From the IMG/VR virus record IMGVR_UViG_3300048693_000367, positions 58,199-122,198 of that record: a stretch of 64,000 nucleotides of DNA; one strand, 5' to 3'. A model generated the notes under the pieces. That model was not told the DNA's origin, did not search any database, and saw only the letters and a program-made list of their open reading frames with translations. Origin of the DNA: a virus (Duplodnaviria; Caudoviricetes). The translations under genes were made by a program, and so were the position numbers. Shown here piece after piece: positions 59,992-64,000 of the stretch; the first letter of the stretch is position 1; every line of letters starts with the position of its first letter.

Positions 59992-60333
59992 ATGAAACAG
60001 AAATTTGAGATTATCGAAAACGCTAAGAAACAGGCTCGTATGTGCTTTCTCGGGATTGCGATTCCACACCAACCCTCTCTTGCGGATGGTGAGTATGGCC
60101 CGATTCGTTCGGAAAAAGTTTTGAAGTTCAATCGCAAAGCACTTCGCAACCTTGGCAAAGTGAAGAAAGAAAAGTCCGACCCTCGATTTGTGGGTGGTGA
60201 GGATACCATGATCGTAAAGACTGGAAAGCCGGGTTCAAAAGAACGGGTTGAGGCTCTGGCTCACCAATATGGTGCGATTCTGGCTTGTGGTGAGGAAGTT
60301 TCACCGTTTGCGTTCAAGGGGAGCGATGAATAA
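59992..60333 (+). CDS. hypothetical protein (family B)
   Basis: clear paralog of 57808..58122. Confidence 0.75.
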   Translation: MKQKFEIIENAKKQARMCFLGIAIPHQPSLADGEYGPIRSEKVLKFNRKALRNLGKVKKEKSDPRFVGGEDTMIVKTGKPGSKERVEALAHQYGAILACGEEVSPFAFKGSDE

Positions 60334-60361
60334 TCGTTCACCACTGAACAAAAACTGAACC

Positions 60362-60439
60362 TAAACCCTTACTGCTAAAAGACTTAGGGCGAGCCGGCGC
60401 CGCGAAAGTTGTTCTAAGTACTGATAGCGTAAGGATTTA
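60362..60439. repeat. 78-bp bipartite element, copy 6
   Basis: TAAacccTTactgctaAAagacTTA-N28-TAAgtacTGatagcgtAAggatTTA. Confidence 0.9.
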
Positions 60440-60523
60440 CATTAAATAAAAAATTAATGCTCACTATTGACTTATGCCGATAATATGTTATACTGTTAAA
60501 AACAAGATTGGAGAGTCAAAAGC

Positions 60524-61096
60524 ATGAAATACTATTTTGGTCTTATCTGTGTTCTGTGTTCAACTGCGGTGTATGCGGAAACCATTTCGAACACAAATAT
60601 TGTGCTGTCTAATCAGTTGAGTAATTATTACTCTTTGCTAGTTTATCAAAACGAAGATAAGACAGACTATACGGAAATATTTGTAGAATTAAATGGGAAT
60701 ATGCTTTCTGCTATTTCGTCCTGTATGGATGAAGGTTCCGATTGGTACTTAGTAGATTATGCAACAAGTCTGGATTATTCTAATCCCTTGATTCAAACCA
60801 CAGAAACGTCTATTGAAACTTACACGCTAGACGTTGGATATGGCAATTTCTATTTGGCAGTTAATACGGGAAATGCATATGGATATGGATGGCCGCCTAG
60901 AAATATCTATGGATGGGCTGAACTAAATAACACTAATGGCCAGTTAAGCATGATAAATAATAGTATAACCTATGATAGTGGTATGGTTATGTCTACTGCT
61001 TTTATAGGTGTTCCTGAGCCATCTTCTATTATTCTCTTATTCTTGGGCTTGTGTTTTTTGTGCTGTAAAGTATTGTGTGGTAAGGATTTAGGTTGA
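60524..61096 (+). CDS. PEP-CTERM sorting domain-containing protein
   Basis: signal peptide (..STAVYA); C-terminal VPEPSSIILLFLGLCFL; promoter TTGACT..TATACT at 60467-60494. Confidence 0.8.
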   Translation: MKYYFGLICVLCSTAVYAETISNTNIVLSNQLSNYYSLLVYQNEDKTDYTEIFVELNGNMLSAISSCMDEGSDWYLVDYATSLDYSNPLIQTTETSIETYTLDVGYGNFYLAVNTGNAYGYGWPPRNIYGWAELNNTNGQLSMINNSITYDSGMVMSTAFIGVPEPSSIILLFLGLCFLCCKVLCGKDLG

Positions 61097-61143
61097 GCCG
61101 GCGCCGCCCCGCTCGACGTAACTCCTTATGCTGCAACACTTTA
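61066..61143. repeat. 78-bp bipartite element, copy 7 (overlaps PEP-CTERM 3' end)
   Basis: TAAagtaTTgtgtggtAAggatTTA-N28-TAActccTTatgctgcAAcactTTA. Confidence 0.9.
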
Positions 61144-61220
61144 GGAACAAAATAAAAATCGTCTAAAGATTATGCTTGACTCTTGCCGATCTATACTATA
61201 CAATCGAGTGTAGGAGAAAG

Positions 61221-61370
61221 ATGATGAAAACGAAGAAGAAGCCAGTAAGTGGATTTCAGAAAACAGAAGCCAGAATGAAGCAGGAAACGTGTCGTGCTCT
61301 GGCTCAAGTCAAGTTTCTGGAAAAACTGTATCGTGAGATGTTGGAAAGTAAGAAAAAGGAAAGCAAGTAA
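61221..61370 (+). CDS. small basic hypothetical protein
   Basis: promoter TTGACT-N17-TACAAT at 61176-61204; AGGAG RBS. Confidence 0.6.
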   Translation: MMKTKKKPVSGFQKTEARMKQETCRALAQVKFLEKLYREMLESKKKESK

Positions 61371-61678
61371 TGACACACGCTGAAGCAACTCGTATGGTTC
61401 ATGGTAAAGGTAATCGGATGAAGCGAAAGGTGGGAAATAATACCTATGCGGAGATTTTCCGTGATGGCACAGTAGGTATCATGTTGCATAGTACGTATGT
61501 TGTGAAGATTCATCCCGATAATACCTATACTCTTAATAGTGGGGGTTGGCAAACTCTGACCACCAAGGATAGGATTAACCAGTATAGCCCGCGTTATGTT
61601 TACCAAAAGAATTTCGAATGGTTCGTGAAGATTAATGATAAATCATATCCGTTTATAGATGGTATGGTTGTGAGTTGA
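61370..61678 (+). CDS. hypothetical protein
   Basis: LH.T.VV...LNSGGWQTLTTKDRIN...VYQKNFEWFV. Confidence 0.7.
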   Translation: MTHAEATRMVHGKGNRMKRKVGNNTYAEIFRDGTVGIMLHSTYVVKIHPDNTYTLNSGGWQTLTTKDRINQYSPRYVYQKNFEWFVKINDKSYPFIDGMVVS

Positions 61679-61680
61679 TC

Positions 61681-61758
61681 TAAAGCCTTGCCACTAAAGA
61701 ACTTAGGGCGAGGCCGCGCCGCCCCGCGCGTCGTAACTCCTTATACCACAACACTTTA
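61681..61758. repeat. 78-bp bipartite element, copy 8
   Basis: TAAagccTTgccactaAAgaacTTA-N28-TAActccTTataccacAAcactTTA. Confidence 0.9.
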
Positions 61759-61864
61759 CATCAACAAAAATTTTTTTTGGATTTTTTATAGATACGCTAT
61801 TGACTTGGCCGATACACTCTGTATAATGGTAGTATCACAAGAGAAACCCATAAGGAAGTCAAAA

Positions 61865-62062
61865 ATGTACGATTTTGAAGAAATCAATTCGATTCTGGAT
61901 CAAATGGCCCAAGAGGGTACGATTGAGCCTATGGTCGAGCCGATTGACGATCCCGGCGTGGAAGTCAACTTTTGGGATTGGGCAGATGTTGTGGGTTGTG
62001 TGGATGATTTTGCCCCTGTCGAGATGATGGATGAAAACGGCGAAACGTGGATTGTGGAATAG
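61865..62062 (+). CDS. small highly acidic protein
   Basis: promoter TTGACT-N16-TATAAT at 61800-61827; MYDFEEINSILDQM... Confidence 0.7.
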   Translation: MYDFEEINSILDQMAQEGTIEPMVEPIDDPGVEVNFWDWADVVGCVDDFAPVEMMDENGETWIVE

Positions 62063-62124
62063 GGCTTGACAGCCTAAAGTTTTTAGGATAGAATCCCGAT
62101 AACACTAGTAAAGAGGAAAACAAA

Positions 62125-62388
62125 ATGAGCCATCCTGACCCGTGCTACGATCCCGATAACTCTTATGAGGATGATATGAATTACGACGATTACAATGATT
62201 TTTATGATGAAAATGAAGATCGTGACGATATTGATAACTCTGGAGAGATCGATTGGTATGATGAAAATGATGATAGTATGGATGGGGATCATGAGAGTGG
62301 CCTCGCTTCCGCAGGATGGGGAACCGATGAGGACTACGGGTATTATGGTGATGATACCCCGATGAGCGATTACTATGATGGTGAATAA
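62125..62388 (+). CDS. extremely acidic Asp/Tyr-rich protein
   Basis: promoter TTGACA-N17-TAGAAT at 62066-62094; MDGDHESGLASAGWGTDEDYG. Confidence 0.75.
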   Translation: MSHPDPCYDPDNSYEDDMNYDDYNDFYDENEDRDDIDNSGEIDWYDENDDSMDGDHESGLASAGWGTDEDYGYYGDDTPMSDYYDGE

Positions 62389-62416
62389 TTACTCTAAATT
62401 CAAAAAGGAAAAAGCA

Positions 62417-62650
62417 ATGGCCAAGTGTGTTGTGACCCATACGGATCTTTTTGGTGGTGAGGCTAATTACGGCTGGGTGAACCGTTACGAGTTTATCCCC
62501 AAGCGTGACGCTTCGCAGCGTAGTATCGTGAAGAAGGCTAAGGAATTGGCAGGCTTTACTGGTGTAAAGTCCGAAACCGAAGATTATGGCGATAGTTTCA
62601 AGATTAAGCCTCGCGGCTACAATCAAGTAATTTTCGTAGACTTTGAGTGA
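62417..62650 (+). CDS. hypothetical protein
   Basis: TDLFGGEANYGWVNR motif; AAGGA RBS. Confidence 0.7.
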   Translation: MAKCVVTHTDLFGGEANYGWVNRYEFIPKRDASQRSIVKKAKELAGFTGVKSETEDYGDSFKIKPRGYNQVIFVDFE

Positions 62651-62659
62651 AACTCTCCG

Positions 62660-62737
62660 CAAACCCTTTGTGCATAAGCACTTAGGGCGAGCGGGCGCCG
62701 CCGGCCTCGACGTAACTCCTTACGCAGCAACACTTTA
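62660..62737. repeat. 78-bp bipartite element, copy 9
   Basis: CAAacccTTtgtgcatAAgcacTTA-N28-TAActccTTacgcagcAAcactTTA. Confidence 0.9.
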
Positions 62738-62839
62738 CATCTAAAAAAAATTTTTCTAATGTTGAGGCTTGACAAGAGTCGATACATAGTGTAGACTCGT
62801 GATATGTTGATTGAGGGTTTTCTAACTGAAAGGGTTTTT

Positions 62840-63250
62840 ATGAACGATGTGATTCTGTTTGGTTCGATTTTTGCCTGTGTGCTTGGTTGTATGATTGCGT
62901 TTGCTGGTTTTCATATCTATCGTGGTGTTCATGGTTCACTCGCTAATGCGAAAGTTGGAGAGGTATTCAATTTTGAATATCTCCAGCCGCATCATGGTGA
63001 TCCGGTGCGAGTGCTTGCTAGGGTTATTGAGCCTGCGTATGCCTTGAGCGATGAGAGTATCCGTAGACTTAATGCTACGAGTAACTATCGTAGTAATGAT
63101 CCTGAGTTCAAGCGTACTCGTCATCTTATAACGTGTGAGACTCCGAATGGCGAGGTTCGACAGTTCTATGCAGAGCGTGCTAAGAACGTGCGTCGTCCTC
63201 TTCTTGCGGGACTGCTCTTCCGTACAGGTACTGCACACCTGTTCGCGTGA
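62840..63250 (+). CDS. membrane-anchored hypothetical protein
   Basis: promoter TTGACA-N17-TAGACT at 62769-62797; N-terminal TM helix. Confidence 0.7.
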   Translation: MNDVILFGSIFACVLGCMIAFAGFHIYRGVHGSLANAKVGEVFNFEYLQPHHGDPVRVLARVIEPAYALSDESIRRLNATSNYRSNDPEFKRTRHLITCETPNGEVRQFYAERAKNVRRPLLAGLLFRTGTAHLFA

Positions 63251-63280
63251 ACGATTGTTCAGTGTGGTTAACCCTGGCCC

Positions 63281-63358
63281 TAAGTTGTTGCCACGCAATG
63301 ACTTAGGGTTCGGGGGCGCCGCCCCGCTCGTCGTAAGTGCTTATACCACAACGACTTG
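63281..63358. repeat. 78-bp bipartite element, copy 10
   Basis: TAAgttgTTgccacgcAAtgacTTA-N28-TAAgtgcTTataccacAAcgacTTG. Confidence 0.9.
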
Positions 63359-63419
63359 CATCGCAAAAATATTTTTTCAAGAAACCCTATTGACAAGCCG
63401 ATAATAAATAGTAGAATGA

Positions 63420-64000
63420 TTGAAGAACAAGCAAACACTTGTTGGTTGTGTCGGGCCGAGCAGCCGGTAAAAACGGTAGTTGATGTCCTAGGAAACGTCT
63501 TCTACAATCGGTCCTAACAATACAAACTTTCGTGGGTCCATGCTCAGGGACTAGATTGGGATAAGCCATTACGATAAACCCCCCGTTCAGCGAAGCAATC
63601 GCCGGGGTTGACAACGGGCTTATACGTTGTATAGTAATGCCAATCTATGGGGGATAGCGTCCTCACCACGACCAATACGAGGACCATCTGTGTACATGCA
63701 GGAAAAAATGTGAATAGGGTTTGTTTAAGAACGCGAATGCGTTCCGCCCTATTGTGGTCCTCGCCAATACAACCAGTAACCGCTACCTCTGATAAACTGC
63801 CTGATATTAGGTACCCGAAAGCAGTGAAGCAGCGTGGGCGGTTTCCATCCGATCCTGACAAGGGGCAATCGTATGGGTTATAGGAACCGGGGCGAAAATG
63901 GTTCCGCTGGTTTTAAATCTGCTGATAGTTTCCTTAGATAAGGTAAAACCTTGAGGTTGAAGACAATACAGTACCACGTATTCTTCGTAAAACTATCAGT
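63420..64000 (+). ncRNA. candidate structured non-coding RNA(s)
   Basis: promoters at 63390-63417 and 63608-63635 not followed by an RBS/credible ORF; several short inverted repeats. Confidence 0.35.

Noticed and set aside
55707-63358. CRISPR array interpretation of the 78-bp elements
   Set aside because: Copies are degenerate, 0.6-1.3 kb apart and separated by whole genes, not 30-40 bp spacers; no cas operon is present.
55707-63358. Classical integron attC or intrinsic terminator identity for the elements
   Set aside because: No consistent RYYYAAC/GTTRRRY ends or long foldback, arms often unpaired, and most copies lack a U-tract; only the architectural analogy is kept.
63420-64000. tRNA or tmRNA genes
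   Set aside because: No T-loop GTTCRA with cloverleaf or tmRNA termini recognised.

Overview
A 64 kb segment of a large, AT-rich tailed dsDNA phage (Caudoviricetes; standard genetic code). The host is inferred, not shown, to be a Planctomycetota/PVC-type bacterium. There are four blocks. (1) 1-11.3 kb (+): replication genes, namely DnaB helicase, DnaG primase, dNMP kinase, HNH, a PD-(D/E)xK nuclease, a DnaQ-like exonuclease, SSB and a fragmented DnaE-type polymerase. The polymerase has a 10-nt stop-containing interruption inside the PHP HxH motif, a naturally split intein with an endonuclease gene between its halves, and a further intein-less split. (2) 11.3-22.5 kb (+): glycosyltransferase, methyltransferase and accessory genes, including a GT60-like protein O-GlcNAc transferase. 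(3) 22.5-54.9 kb (-): morphogenesis genes, comprising Thr/Pro mucin-like proteins, tail proteins, a 2647-aa tape measure protein with FAxGG-delimited cargo domains, tail tube, head-tail proteins, major capsid, protease/scaffold, portal, terminase and a phage sigma factor. (4) 55.7-64 kb (+): an array of small transcription units, each with its own near-consensus sigma70 promoter, separated by ten copies of a strictly spaced 78-bp element, [TAA-N4-TT-N7-AA-N4-TTA]-N28-[TAA-N4-TT-N7-AA-N4-TTA]. The array carries duplicated and re-ordered paralogous genes and a host-type PEP-CTERM gene fused into one element. It is the best candidate for an undescribed system (an integron-like cassette array or a multi-operator early regulon). 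All calls come from reading motifs by eye; no database searches were run.
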